The position numbers and the translations under genes were made by a program. This document shows positions 36,130 through 46,900 of a DNA stretch of 58,462 bases, one piece after another. How positions within the stretch are numbered: position 1 is the stretch's first letter; each line of letters begins with the position of its first letter. A model generated the notes under the pieces. It did not search any database, was not told the DNA's origin, and worked only from the letters and a program-made list of their open reading frames with translations. This stretch comes from a bacterium (lineage in GTDB: Bacteria; Patescibacteriota; Patescibacteriia; JAZDGP01). The DNA lies in contig JAZDGP010000003.1 in NCBI GenBank assembly GCA_043806935.1, positions 1 to 58,462 of the forward strand. Reading direction: 5' to 3'.

Positions 36130-36713
36130 TACCTTGGACCGCCTAGCAACCCCTGGACAATCTTAGGCAACTCCTGCCAATTACTAACCTCTTTTCCATT
36201 GACAAAGAAAGTGGGCGTGGAATTAACTCCGCGATCTTCCCCTTCTTTCATATCTTCTTTCACTACTTTCTTCTTAGCTTTGGAATCAAGGCAGTTATCA
36301 AACTTCTGCTGGTCTAAACCAACCGCGATTGCGTAACGTTTAAGATCAGGGTTAAACAAAACGGTTTGATTATCAAACAACATATCATGATACTGCCAGA
36401 ACTTCCCTTGGTCATTAGCGCACTCGCTTGCTAAGGCGGCGTTAAAAGCGTTCTGATGCACAGACGTCAAGGGGAAATGTCTATACCAAACGCTAACTTT
36501 ATCCCCAAACTTATCCAATTCCGGCTTAAGCGCACGGAAAGCCGCTCCGCAAGCAGGACATTGGAAGTCAGAAAACTCCTCCACCTTGATTGACGCTTCC
36601 GGATTAGTGACTGGCCGTGGAGAGACAATCTCTGGATAATCAGGAACAGTATTAAACTTCCAGATTACCAACCCAGCAATTACAATAACCGCGGCAATAA
36701 TCCAATGCTTCAT
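36129..36713 (-). CDS. Membrane-anchored DsbA-family thiol:disulfide oxidoreductase
   Basis: N-terminal TM and the thioredoxin-fold motif FSDFQCPACG. Confidence 0.8.
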   Translation of the reverse strand: MKHWIIAAVIVIAGLVIWKFNTVPDYPEIVSPRPVTNPEASIKVEEFSDFQCPACGAAFRALKPELDKFGDKVSVWYRHFPLTSVHQNAFNAALASECANDQGKFWQYHDMLFDNQTVLFNPDLKRYAIAVGLDQQKFDNCLDSKAKKKVVKEDMKEGEDRGVNSTPTFFVNGKEVSNWQELPKIVQGLLGGPR

Positions 36714-37441
36714 TATTTCTTCAAAAGAGCGTCCACCAAACCCTTAAATTGCTCATATGGCAAAGCGCCAGACACCAGTTGGCCGTTAATAAACGTGCCT
36801 GGAGTCCCTCTTACTCCTTTTTGAGATCCTTCCTGGAAATCAGCTTCTACTTTGGCCGCGATCTTCTGGTCAACTAGACAGCTCTGGAACTTAGTAATGT
36901 TTAAGTTGTTCTCTTTGGCAAGCTGTTCAAAATACGGTTGTCCTAACTTGTCCTGGTTGGCAAAAAAGGAATCATAAAACTTCCAAAAAGTATCAGCCTT
37001 CTGCTGGGCGGCGCACTCGCTGGCAATAGCTGCCGGCCGTGCCTGAGCATGGAGGCTGTCCAAAGGGAAATGCTTATACACAAACCTGATCTTGCCTTCA
37101 TATTCTTTTAACAACTGCGTGATAGTAGGCGCGAAACGAGAGCAGAACGGGCATTGGAAATCAGAAAACTCCACCATGGTAATAGGAGCGTTCCACGTCC
37201 CTTGCCAGTGGTCTGACTTAACAATGTCAAACTTAGCATTGACCGGCGCTTGCTCCTCTGGCAGCTGCGCCTCTGGCTGGTTAGGTTTAGCACCTGCCAC
37301 GGCGCTAGGGGGAGCCTGGCGTCCTAGAAACACCCCTAGCATGACCACGAAGCCTACAGTGCACAACACCAGCACTGCCGCCACTATACCAAGAGTAAAA
37401 CTCTGTTTGGAGGAAAAGTTATCAAAAAAAGATTTTTCCAT
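36713..37441 (-). CDS. Membrane-anchored DsbA-family thiol:disulfide oxidoreductase (tandem paralog)
   Basis: N-terminal TM, a Pro/Ala/Gln linker and the motif FSDFQCPFCS. TAATG junction with the next gene. Confidence 0.8.
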   Translation of the reverse strand: MEKSFFDNFSSKQSFTLGIVAAVLVLCTVGFVVMLGVFLGRQAPPSAVAGAKPNQPEAQLPEEQAPVNAKFDIVKSDHWQGTWNAPITMVEFSDFQCPFCSRFAPTITQLLKEYEGKIRFVYKHFPLDSLHAQARPAAIASECAAQQKADTFWKFYDSFFANQDKLGQPYFEQLAKENNLNITKFQSCLVDQKIAAKVEADFQEGSQKGVRGTPGTFINGQLVSGALPYEQFKGLVDALLKK

Positions 37442-37518
37442 TAGATAAATTAATTAATAAATAAGACTGGTATATCTTAGCAAGAACACGCTCCTTTGCA
37501 AAGTGGCGGGTTAAAAAA

Positions 37519-37644
37519 CTACTGGCCGCAAGAACATTTAGACAATACTTCTTTGCAATCAAAGCATTGTTCTTCCATAGCGGCATTGCATTGATCGCAC
37601 ATTGGTCCCTGCCCCTCTGATTCGCAGTGAGGACATTTCATCAT
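37519..37644 (-). CDS. Unlisted 41-aa Cys-rich mini-protein (zinc-ribbon-like)
   Basis: My translation is MMKCPHCESEGQGPMCDQCNAAMEEQCFDCKEVLSKCSCGQ, with pattern CxxC-8-CxxC-7-CxxC-6-CxC. The ATG overlaps the TGA of the upstream dehydrogenase gene (ATGA). Confidence 0.45.
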   Translation of the reverse strand: MMKCPHCESEGQGPMCDQCNAAMEEQCFDCKEVLSKCSCGQ

Positions 37645-38648
37645 AGACGGCCACCTCCTTTCCTCTTCTTTTCCCATGCTTCCGGATTAACTATATTATC
37701 TGGCTGGCGTCCACGGAATACATCCACTACAGCCTGACAGGCCAATCTAGCCATCTCTTCTCTGGCTTCCTTTGTGGCTGACGCGATATGCGGCGTTACC
37801 ACCGCGTTGGGCAGACGTTTCAGAAGCGGATGAATCTTTGACTCGTGTTCAAACACGTCAATGCCAGCGGCAAACAATTTTTTCTTTAATAAAGCTTTTG
37901 CCAACGCTTCCTCATCCACAACCGCTCCTCTAGCCGTGTTAATTAAAATAGCTGTTGGTTTCATCATCGCCAATTGCTTGGCTCCGATCAGATGGCGGGA
38001 TGATGTTAAAAGCGGCACATGGAGAGACACTATATCAGCTGTACGCAAAGCTTCATCCAAAGGCATCCGTCGTGCGCCTAATTCTCTTTCCGCTTCCTCA
38101 TTTATTCGTTCGTCCACATACACGATCTTCATATCAAATCCATTTTTCAAACGTTTAGCTGTCTGAAACCCAATCCTTCCCATCCCTATAATCGCCACTG
38201 TTTTCCCTTTTAATTCCATACCGATCATTAAACCAGGATCCCAGCCTTTGTACTTGCCAGAGACGATGTAACGGTCAGCTTCCACGATCCTACGCGCGCA
38301 CGTAAGAATAAGCGCGACCGCGTAATCAGCGACTGTTTCAACTAAGACACCAGGGGTATTAGTAACTGGAATGCCTAACTTCGTGGCTAACGGAATGTCA
38401 ATATTGTCATAACCAACCGCGTAGTTGGAAACAATCTTTAAGTTTGGATTGACAGCAAAAAAATCAGCGTCCACTTTATCTACTAATTGTGTAATCACAG
38501 CGTCAGCTCCTTTAACGCCAGCAAACAGCTCCCGCCTATTTAACTGCCGATCATGGGAATTAATCCGCACATCAAAACTACGCAACAAGCGCATTCCTGC
38601 TTCAGGAATATTACGAGTAATAAATACCACTCTAGACTGTTCTCTCAT
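37641..38648 (-). CDS. D-isomer-specific 2-hydroxyacid dehydrogenase (glyoxylate/hydroxypyruvate reductase or glycerate dehydrogenase-like)
   Basis: NAD motif GMGRIG and catalytic blocks INTARGAVVDE and TPHIASAT. Confidence 0.85.
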   Translation of the reverse strand: MREQSRVVFITRNIPEAGMRLLRSFDVRINSHDRQLNRRELFAGVKGADAVITQLVDKVDADFFAVNPNLKIVSNYAVGYDNIDIPLATKLGIPVTNTPGVLVETVADYAVALILTCARRIVEADRYIVSGKYKGWDPGLMIGMELKGKTVAIIGMGRIGFQTAKRLKNGFDMKIVYVDERINEEAERELGARRMPLDEALRTADIVSLHVPLLTSSRHLIGAKQLAMMKPTAILINTARGAVVDEEALAKALLKKKLFAAGIDVFEHESKIHPLLKRLPNAVVTPHIASATKEAREEMARLACQAVVDVFRGRQPDNIVNPEAWEKKRKGGGRL

Positions 38649-38653
38649 GGTAT

Positions 38654-39568
38654 TTACTTGCCTTTACCAACACTGCCAAACAACTTAATTTTCTTTTTAG
38701 CTGTTTCATACGTTAATTGTTTTGCTTCCCCTAAGGCTTCCCGCGGGTCAAGAGAGGAAGGATTTTTTTGTAAAGCTTTTCTTAATCCCGTCATAAACGC
38801 CAGCCTTAAATCAGAGTCTATGTTAATTTTAGCTACTCCTAATTTAATCGCCTTCCTAATAGCGCTGTCTGGCACTCCTTGAGCATTCCCCAGCTTTGCA
38901 CCCCACCGTTCCGCTAATGTCACGTCACTACGTCTGACTCCAGAAGCTCCATGAAGCACTAACGGAATCTTAACAACCTGGGCAATCCGTTCTAATCGTT
39001 TAAAATCCAGCTTTGGCTTTCCTTTGAACTTATACGCCCCATGGGCAGTGCCAATCGCTACAGCAAGACTATCACAGCCAGTGGCTTTAACAAACTCTCT
39101 GGCTTGATGGGGATCAGTTAAATAATCGTCAGCTGAAACAAAATCCTCCATGCCGCGAATAGTGCCCAACTCCGCTTCCACCGCTATCCCATGACGATGA
39201 GCAAGGCTTACAATCTTTTTAGTGTTTTTTACATTCTGCTGGTATGGCAAAGAGGAACCGTCATACATAACGGAACAATATCCCGCTTTAATCGCCTGTT
39301 CCACTAAAGACAATTCCTTTCCATGATCCAAATGCAAAACAACCGGCACTGAAACTTGCTCCGCGGCCACGGTAATCATCGCCAGTAAGTTATCCAACCC
39401 AGCGTATGATATCGCTCCAGCGGATGTCTGTACAAAGACTGGGGAACGCGAATCTTCAGCAGCCTGAAGCACTGCCAACACGGTCTCTAAATTCTGCACG
39501 TTAAGAGCAGGTACCGCGTACCATTCTTTCTGCGCTTTCCGCAATACTGCCAGGCTATCCGCTAACAT
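38654..39568 (-). CDS. fba: Class II fructose-bisphosphate aldolase
   Basis: VPVVLHLDHG, EAELG and LVLHGASG blocks typical of class II (FbaA/KbaY-type) aldolases. Confidence 0.85.
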   Translation of the reverse strand: MLADSLAVLRKAQKEWYAVPALNVQNLETVLAVLQAAEDSRSPVFVQTSAGAISYAGLDNLLAMITVAAEQVSVPVVLHLDHGKELSLVEQAIKAGYCSVMYDGSSLPYQQNVKNTKKIVSLAHRHGIAVEAELGTIRGMEDFVSADDYLTDPHQAREFVKATGCDSLAVAIGTAHGAYKFKGKPKLDFKRLERIAQVVKIPLVLHGASGVRRSDVTLAERWGAKLGNAQGVPDSAIRKAIKLGVAKINIDSDLRLAFMTGLRKALQKNPSSLDPREALGEAKQLTYETAKKKIKLFGSVGKGK

Positions 39569-39600
39569 GCCATTATTGTAGCACAGACGCTGTCTATCTT

Positions 39601-40365
39601 TTACTTCAACTTGTAGTTGATATTCATTTCAATCACTACCTTGAGCTGGCCAGGCGTAATGCTCATTGGACCAACAGGGCCTGCTCCGCCCTTGCCATCC
39701 ATAAACAACGGCTGCTCTGGCGTGGAAACGATATTCTCCCACCAGCCTACAATCTCTCCCAACCGTACGCCAGTTGCACGCGCCATTTCCTTGGCTTTAA
39801 CCTTTGCGTCAGCCACTGCCTTAAGCCTTGCTTCCTGTTTCACTTTTTCCAAATCTTTCACAGAAAAAGTAATGCCTGACACTTGGTCAACTCCAACTTT
39901 AGTTGTTTCTTCAATCACTTTGCTGACCATTAACGCATTTTTATCTATGCCATAAACATTTACTGATATCTGCTGGAATACCAAATAACCGTCAATAACA
40001 GGATTGTTGTTCTTATCATAGTTGTACTGCGGAGACAAATTATATGCCGTCACCGCGGTATCTTCCTTAGCAACGCCTAAACTTTGTAGTTTATTCATAA
40101 CAGCCAAAGCTTTTACTGTATGAGCTTTATACGCTTCAGCCGCTCCTTTTTCGTCCTTAGTGTTAATCGCCAAAACAACAGTCGCCATATCCGACGATAA
40201 CTGCGCTTCACCACGTCCAATCACATTCACTTGGTACTGTGGATAATTAACGATCCTATCTCTTAAAATCGCTACTAGCACGATAGCAGTCAAAGCCAGC
40301 ACTGTTAAAGCAACCAACAACTGCCAAAAAGGCTTGGTTGGTTTTATTTCTTTTGTTTTTGCCAT
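39601..40365 (-). CDS. SIMPL/DUF541-domain envelope protein
   Basis: N-terminal TM, then VNVIGRGEAQLSSDMATVVLAI and C-terminal ITPGQLKVVIEMNINYKL, as in the SIMPL (BP26-like) family. Confidence 0.7.
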   Translation of the reverse strand: MAKTKEIKPTKPFWQLLVALTVLALTAIVLVAILRDRIVNYPQYQVNVIGRGEAQLSSDMATVVLAINTKDEKGAAEAYKAHTVKALAVMNKLQSLGVAKEDTAVTAYNLSPQYNYDKNNNPVIDGYLVFQQISVNVYGIDKNALMVSKVIEETTKVGVDQVSGITFSVKDLEKVKQEARLKAVADAKVKAKEMARATGVRLGEIVGWWENIVSTPEQPLFMDGKGGAGPVGPMSITPGQLKVVIEMNINYKLK

Positions 40366-40420
40366 TTTATTAAAGGTTAATAATGGTTATAGTATACCCC
40401 CAAATCAAAAACAAAACAAA

Positions 40421-40810
40421 CTAATAACGATAACGGCGGTCTGGTTTCTTTCTGCGATACGGCTCTATGGTCGCTGGAGGGACAACTTCGCCGACAGCAT
40501 ACTTGAAACCAAGAACTTCACCAAGAGACAGTTCTTGCCAAGGATCATTGACTGTAGTACGACGGAACACTCTTACGTACGTTCCCAATGCTTGAGTGTT
40601 ATAAAGAAACTCATCCTCCCGAAACAAGTCCGTGGGATTCTCTGAAATATCTGGCCTCTGGTAGCGTTCAAAACGAGTCTGGCCACGCTCACCTTCCACC
40701 ACAAGCACGTCTTTGATAATGCCATTTTCAGTTGTCTCAATATTCTCTTCCACCACATTGCCCTTAGCTTTTACCCGCTCCACTAACCGTTTCCATTCAA
40801 TATTAGTCAT
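40421..40810 (-). CDS. Hypothetical 129-aa soluble protein with a basic C-terminal tail
   Basis: ORF only; the tail reads YRRKKPDRRYRY. I recognise no family. Confidence 0.45.
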   Translation of the reverse strand: MTNIEWKRLVERVKAKGNVVEENIETTENGIIKDVLVVEGERGQTRFERYQRPDISENPTDLFREDEFLYNTQALGTYVRVFRRTTVNDPWQELSLGEVLGFKYAVGEVVPPATIEPYRRKKPDRRYRY

Positions 40811-40857
40811 ACTATTGGATTTTATAGCATTTCTGGTAAGATAGACAAGTGTTTCAC

Positions 40858-40932
40858 GGCCTCATCGTCTAATGGTTAGGACGGATGGTTCTCAGCCATC
40901 AAATCGGGGTCCGATTCCCCGTGGGGCTACCA
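40858..40932 (+). tRNA. tRNA-Glu (anticodon CUC), CCA encoded
   Basis: Cloverleaf GGCCTCA / GTCT-AATGGTTA-GGAC / GATGG-TTCTCAG-CCATC / CGGGG-TCCGATT-CCCCG / TGGGGCT-A-CCA. Positions 1:72 form a G:U pair. Confidence 0.85.
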
Positions 40933-40940
40933 AACAACAC

Positions 40941-40970
40941 ACAAGGCGGATTACTCCGCCTTGTTTTGTG
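40941..40970. terminator. Bidirectional terminator between tRNA-Glu and the giant adhesin gene
   Basis: 10-bp stem acaaggcgga (40941-40950) / tccgccttgt (40955-40964), loop ttac, with T-runs on both strands. Confidence 0.75.
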
Positions 40971-40980
40971 TCTACAATGT

Positions 40981-43900
40981 CTACCGTTTTGCTCCGCTAT
41001 AAGCAACAGCTCGTACAATATCCCAATGGTTAGCTGATGTAGGCGCGTAACCGAATATCGCCTTAAATGATTTAGCAGCTGCCTTTTCTGAATTAAGATT
41101 CCGCTGGCTAGGGCGCAAACCATAAGTCATCACCACCACGGCCGCGTCGTCCTTGGCATTGGTACGGCTTGGAACACGCTTATAAATCTTCTTAAACGTG
41201 CCTTCAGCTTGTTTTTCAGCAGTCGTCGCTTTTACGCTCGGCCACCGTCCATTGGAAATCTTCACCACATCCAGCCAATCGTCAGTATTAGACGGCCATT
41301 TGCCGTACACTGCCTTATAGCTGTTAACCACGCCTGCGCGCTCTCCAGCTCCTAGCACTTTAGTGGTTGACGTGCCACTTGTTACAAATTGTTCAATAGC
41401 GTTCTGTACGGAAGAAGAAACACTGGTTTTGCCTACGATCTTCTTTGTTAACGATGATACTGAACTGACGTAAGCGCTCTTGTCCATTATAAATCCTGCT
41501 TCCACTGCCAATTCCGCCACACTGCTTGGCGCCGCCGATACTGATGATGGCGTACTCACAGCCGGTGTCGTGGTAACAGTCGTCTGTTGGCTACCTGACT
41601 GCCCTGCTGTCTGTCCTCCAGTGATAAACGCTCCTCCGCCTCCACCTGTTACTACAGTAGCGCTTGTAGTCGCTGACACAGCGCTAGACGCCGCTGACTC
41701 GCCATTGCTGTTAATAGCTGTGATCTTGTAGTAATAAGCTGTGCTGGCGCTTAAGCTGCTATCAGTGTAAGAGGTGGTGGAACCGGATGACACTGTAGGC
41801 TCTGTTCCAACACGGCTAAAGGTGCCGTTAGAGGAAGTGCTGCGGTAAAGATCATAACTAGTTGCTCCGCTCACTTGTGTCCAGCTTAAGGTAATCTGGC
41901 TGCTACTGGCAGCGCTGCCTGCCAAACCGCTTGGAGTGGAAGGCGCCGAAGCGTCAGTGGAAACAATAGGAGCGTATAGGGAGAAGTGGTCTGTTGGAGC
42001 GGAGATGACCACACTGGCCACGCCAGACAAATCTTCCGCGGGATCAGTCACTACATCGCCATCGCTATCTTTATAAGTAATACTGCTGGCTAAAGTGGAC
42101 CAGTTAGCGGATGATTCATCCCAGTACGCCATTGTTAATTTATTAACTTCCGCTTCAGTGTTAATGGAACTGTCGCTAGCTGACGCGACTGCCGCCAATT
42201 CAGCTACTGTAAATTCTTTCTCCACAGTCACTGAATCGTTAAGATTAGTAATGGGATTGCCTGACGCGTCAGTAGCTTTAATTTCAGAGGCTTTTCCTCC
42301 AACCGGCCTCGCTGATCCAGTCTCACGCACGTTATTAGTCTCTTTTGCCGACAGGTTGCTGGCTGAAGTGGAAGTTCCTAACGCGTTAGCTGGAATGTTT
42401 AATCTAATACCAGATGTTAAATCTTCTAGGGTACCGCCATTAGCCGGAGTGATTGGTTTGCTCTTAGGCGGATTAAGAGCGAACGTGGCGTTCAGACCGA
42501 TATTCTTGCTAATCACTGAACCGCCAGTCACGTCAATTGGGTTGCTGGCAAAAGGAGTTTCCGCGTATCCTTCCGCTACCGCGAATACCCGCCAAACACC
42601 GCTGGACACAGGAAGAACGTAATTGCCGTTAGCGTCAGCCTGCGTGCCTGAGTAACCTCCTCCTTGCTTCTCAGCCCTCACAAAAGCGCTAGCCGCTCCA
42701 GCTTCTCCAATTTTCACTTGGCCGGAAATAGTTGTTGAGGCAGCTCCCATTGTCAATGTCTGTCCAATCAGATCAGCGTCAATAACTGAAGCGTTGACAG
42801 AAAACGAACTGGCTTCACGGAAGTACCCAGGCTTCATAGCGTTAACCAAATACGCGCTACTTGCATTCGGAACTTTTAACGTAACAGTGCCGTTGCTGGC
42901 TGTTTTTTGGCCAATGTGAATGCCGGATGTCGGGTTAACCATTTCCACCCAAGCGTCACGTATTGGATTAGTGCCGTCAGTTACAGTTCCGGAAACAGTA
43001 CGCAGTGTCGGCAAAGTAATAGTCAAGCTCTCATTGCCATCAACTGTCACGATGCCTGTGGTGGAGTTATATGTAGTGCCATCTCCTCCAGCAATGTTTC
43101 CTGGAGTCAAAAACATACCAGGCATGCCGACTTGCACTTTGTAACCGCCGTCTTGCGTGGACAATGATGATACTGTCCCATTAGTCACTTCAGCGTGAGA
43201 CCGTTGTCCATTAACAGACACTAAGTCAACAAACATTTTATCAACAGAAGAGGAAACAGTGATCGCAACTGTCCTAACGTTAGCGACAGTGAAATCTTTA
43301 TTGCTCACATCATTCGCGACATCAAAAGCAGCTAGTGGCGGAAGTTCTCCAACACTTGGGATAAACGCCCGAGCAATATAGCCATTGCCAGCTGGTACTC
43401 TTACTGAATACGTGCCATCAACGCCGGTGATTGCCTCGTTAAAATTATTATTGCCCATCACCCTGACAAATACTCCGCTTGCCGGAGAACCTCCGGAAGT
43501 TACTGTGCCTGACACACTGTAGAAAGTGCCAGTGGCAGTCGGAGTGAAGTTAATGTTGGAAGCGCTGCTGCCGTTGATGACTACTGTCTGTTCGCTCAAT
43601 TGTCCATACTGTGGCACGAAAGAACCGACTTTCCATGTTCCGTTTGACACGTACAAAGTATACGATCCAGACGAATTGGCATTAGCGTTAGCATTGCCAG
43701 GCCCGTCAGTGCGGTAAGCGTAGACTGACGCTCCTTGAATAACATTAGTGCCGTCAGTCACCTTGCCGCTAATAGTGTAATCCGGTTTAGCTACTTTCAG
43801 GACAAAAGCGGTGGCAGCTGCTGCGGGCGTAATGGCTGTGGTCGCTCCATCAAGCAACAGATAAGTAGAGGAATCAGAGGTAACCATAACTGGCACTTCT

Positions 43901-46900
43901 TTAGATGGAGGCATACCTGGCAAGAAAGCGCCTACAATGTAGCTGCCATCAGCAACATTCAAGGTGAAAGCTCCAGCAGTATCAGTCTGGGCATGCGTGC
44001 CAAATCCGCCAGTCGGAGAATAAGCATACACTTCAGCGTTAGCCATTACTTTATTACCGCTATCCTTCACAACGCCATTAATAGTCTTGGAAGTGGTGGC
44101 TAAAGTAAACACCAATATTCCATCATTGGCAGTGGCGCTTGATTCTGTAATCGTCGCTCCGTCCACCTGTATATCAACAGGTTTTGGCATTATATAATTA
44201 GGCGCTGGTGGCGGACCGCCAGCCGGACCTTTAGGCATTTGTGGCCCTACTCCCACAAACCACCGACCGTTCCCTAAATTAATAGTGAAATTCTCTGGGT
44301 TATCAGCGTCAGCGTCCAATGTGACTTGTTTTACCTTAAAGCCATTAGGGGAACCTGCAAATATATCCAACGGTTCATTGGCCGGGCCACTAATTCTCAC
44401 CGTTACATTCGTACCGCCAGTAGACGCGTTGCTCAAGCTGAAACTAAACGTCGTGGCGCCGTTCACAACCACCCGTTCCGGACTGCCTTTGCCGTTAAAA
44501 TCAGCGTTGCTTGTGGAAACAGTTTGATCAGTAAATAAGTAATATTCGCCGTTAACCAGGTTGGTAAATGAGTAACTAGCTGTCGCTCCACCGCTAAAAT
44601 TAGCGCTTGTGGTTTCCAAAGGGCCAGTCATCGGAGACATTAAGTACACTTTCATGGTGCCTGTGCCGTTATTACTAGTGGCTGTAATAGTGCCGCCCAA
44701 ACTGCTAGATCCTGACGCTTGTATAAAGAACGGCGTGGAAGATAAAGACTCTACGACCGTGGAACTATCTTTTGTCTTCACATCAACTGTGTAGCCGGAA
44801 GTGTTGAAATCTTTAGGCACAGTGGAATTTTTAATGCCAGCGATATCAATTGTCAGAAAATCATGTCCGTCTGAATTAGTAGCTCCATTAAGATACACGG
44901 TCACGGTTCTGGAAGCTGTATTAACCACAATACCGTCATCCGCGAGTCCCCCTTGCGCGGTTCCCGTGTCGTCGCTGTTAGCGCTGCCTGCGCAAGTTTT
45001 GCCGTTGTTGACTGACGAAGAACACTTAAATTTCACGGTGCCAGACCCAGGGCCGTTAAGATCGCTCCGCATCGGGCTGTTGATATCCTGTTTTGCTCCA
45101 GACACGTCAAAGCCAGTCGGGAAAGTCAGCACTATTGTGCCTCCAGACGGAATTTGCCTAGAGATCGGCAACCTAACGCCGTAAATAGTGGTCTGGCCAG
45201 CCATCATGTTAAATGGACGAACTTCAACCGGCGGAGCAAAACCAAAAGTGGTACTGGAGAAATTGGTTGGAATAAATCCGCCGCCAGAGCCAAAAGCACT
45301 ATCTGATACAGCCATTGGACCAAGCGCTCCTTTGGTAGTAGCGCTGTTTTGGATCACTGACCTGGCTGATTTGCCAGTAGACGGCAGAGTATTGCCGGAT
45401 AAATCTTTAGCTATGTTATCACCGCTCTCATCCAGTGACAGATACAAATCTTTGCCAACTGCCACCGCTAAACCCAACCCTTGGATAGTAACCGTATTGG
45501 TAGAACCGTCGTAATTGAATTGGGCGTTAGAAATGTCCACAATCGTGCCAGCACTATCTGGATTAAATCCAACGTCTCCGTACTTAATCACGTCATAGAC
45601 CGTTGGGTTAAGAACACTGTTCGGCCAATTAATACTATCAGTCACCTTTGCGGCATTCATTGGTTCACTAAAAGTAAGAGCTATCGCGTAATCATCTCCG
45701 TTCATAAATGACACTGCCGGAGCAGCAGAATCAGCAGCGCCAGTGGTAAAGATCCGACTGACCGCGGTAGCCACTGCCACTCCAGTCAAAGACTGCGCTC
45801 CAGTCGTTATGTTAATAGTATAAGTAGTGTTTGGATTTAAAGCGCTCTTTGGAATAAAGAACGCCTGACGTTCCAATGGACGGTACTCCACACTGCCGTT
45901 AATGGCAGTGGAACCTACTGACACGTAGAACGTGCTACTTGTGATAGTAGATGGGTTGATATCACGGCTAAAGCCAATGTTAATCGCTCCAATATTTACA
46001 GGCACGTCAGTGGCTCCGCTATCAGGGAAAGAACCTTGTACGATCGGAGCTGTGGAGTCAGTAGAAGTGCCTACTTTGAATTCACTCATAAACATAGGGT
46101 TAGACGCCTGATCAGGCGGCGATATTGCAATGCCATTGGCTGCTTTAGCTCCGCCCAAGACTTTCAACCGATAGCTAGTACTCGCTGCAAACTGCCCGCT
46201 GTTAAACCCGCTCTTTAAAGTAACAGTCGCTGTTAATTTACTGGATCCTAAAGTGACAGTGTCAATTGCTAATGAGGTTACATCAGTCTCGGTTATGCCG
46301 GAAACACTGTAGAGTTTCACATAATCTTTAAGCAAATAAATGCCTCCGTCATCAGCCATGACGTCAGAAAAATCAATCACCAACTTAGTGTTACGAGGGA
46401 CGTCAAATGATCCTGGCGGCGGAGTCGTTCCTTTGACATGCGGAGGTACAAAAGCGCCAGCGCCAAAAGTACCGCCTCCGGAAAAACCACCAGTAGTAGA
46501 ATTAAACCCAATAAAATTAGCTGTTGAATTAGTAGTGAACGTAAACGCATAACTTCCGTCAGGTTGGTTGCCTTGTATGGAATTACCTGCCGTGTCCGTA
46601 ACATTGGAAGACACAACCACCGCTATGGTTTTATTATCGCCAAAGGTATTAGTGCCGCTAAATGACCAAACAGCCATATTGGATTCAGGTGGCACGCCTG
46701 GAATATTCGGGTTGCTTGAATAATACGCCCAGCTGCCTTTACTGGAGGTGATATCAACCAATTCGCCTGTAGACGCGTCATTTACTTTAAGGTTGCCGAT
46801 TGCTGTTGCTGCTGACTGGCTCATTGCCTTATCAAACACGACGAATATTTTGAAGTTGGAATCACCGCCTGGGATGCCAGACATACCATCCATAGGGCCG

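Noticed and set aside
40899-41123. A 74-aa minus-strand ORF.
   Set aside because: It overlaps tRNA-Glu, the bidirectional terminator and the 3' end of the adhesin gene in another frame.
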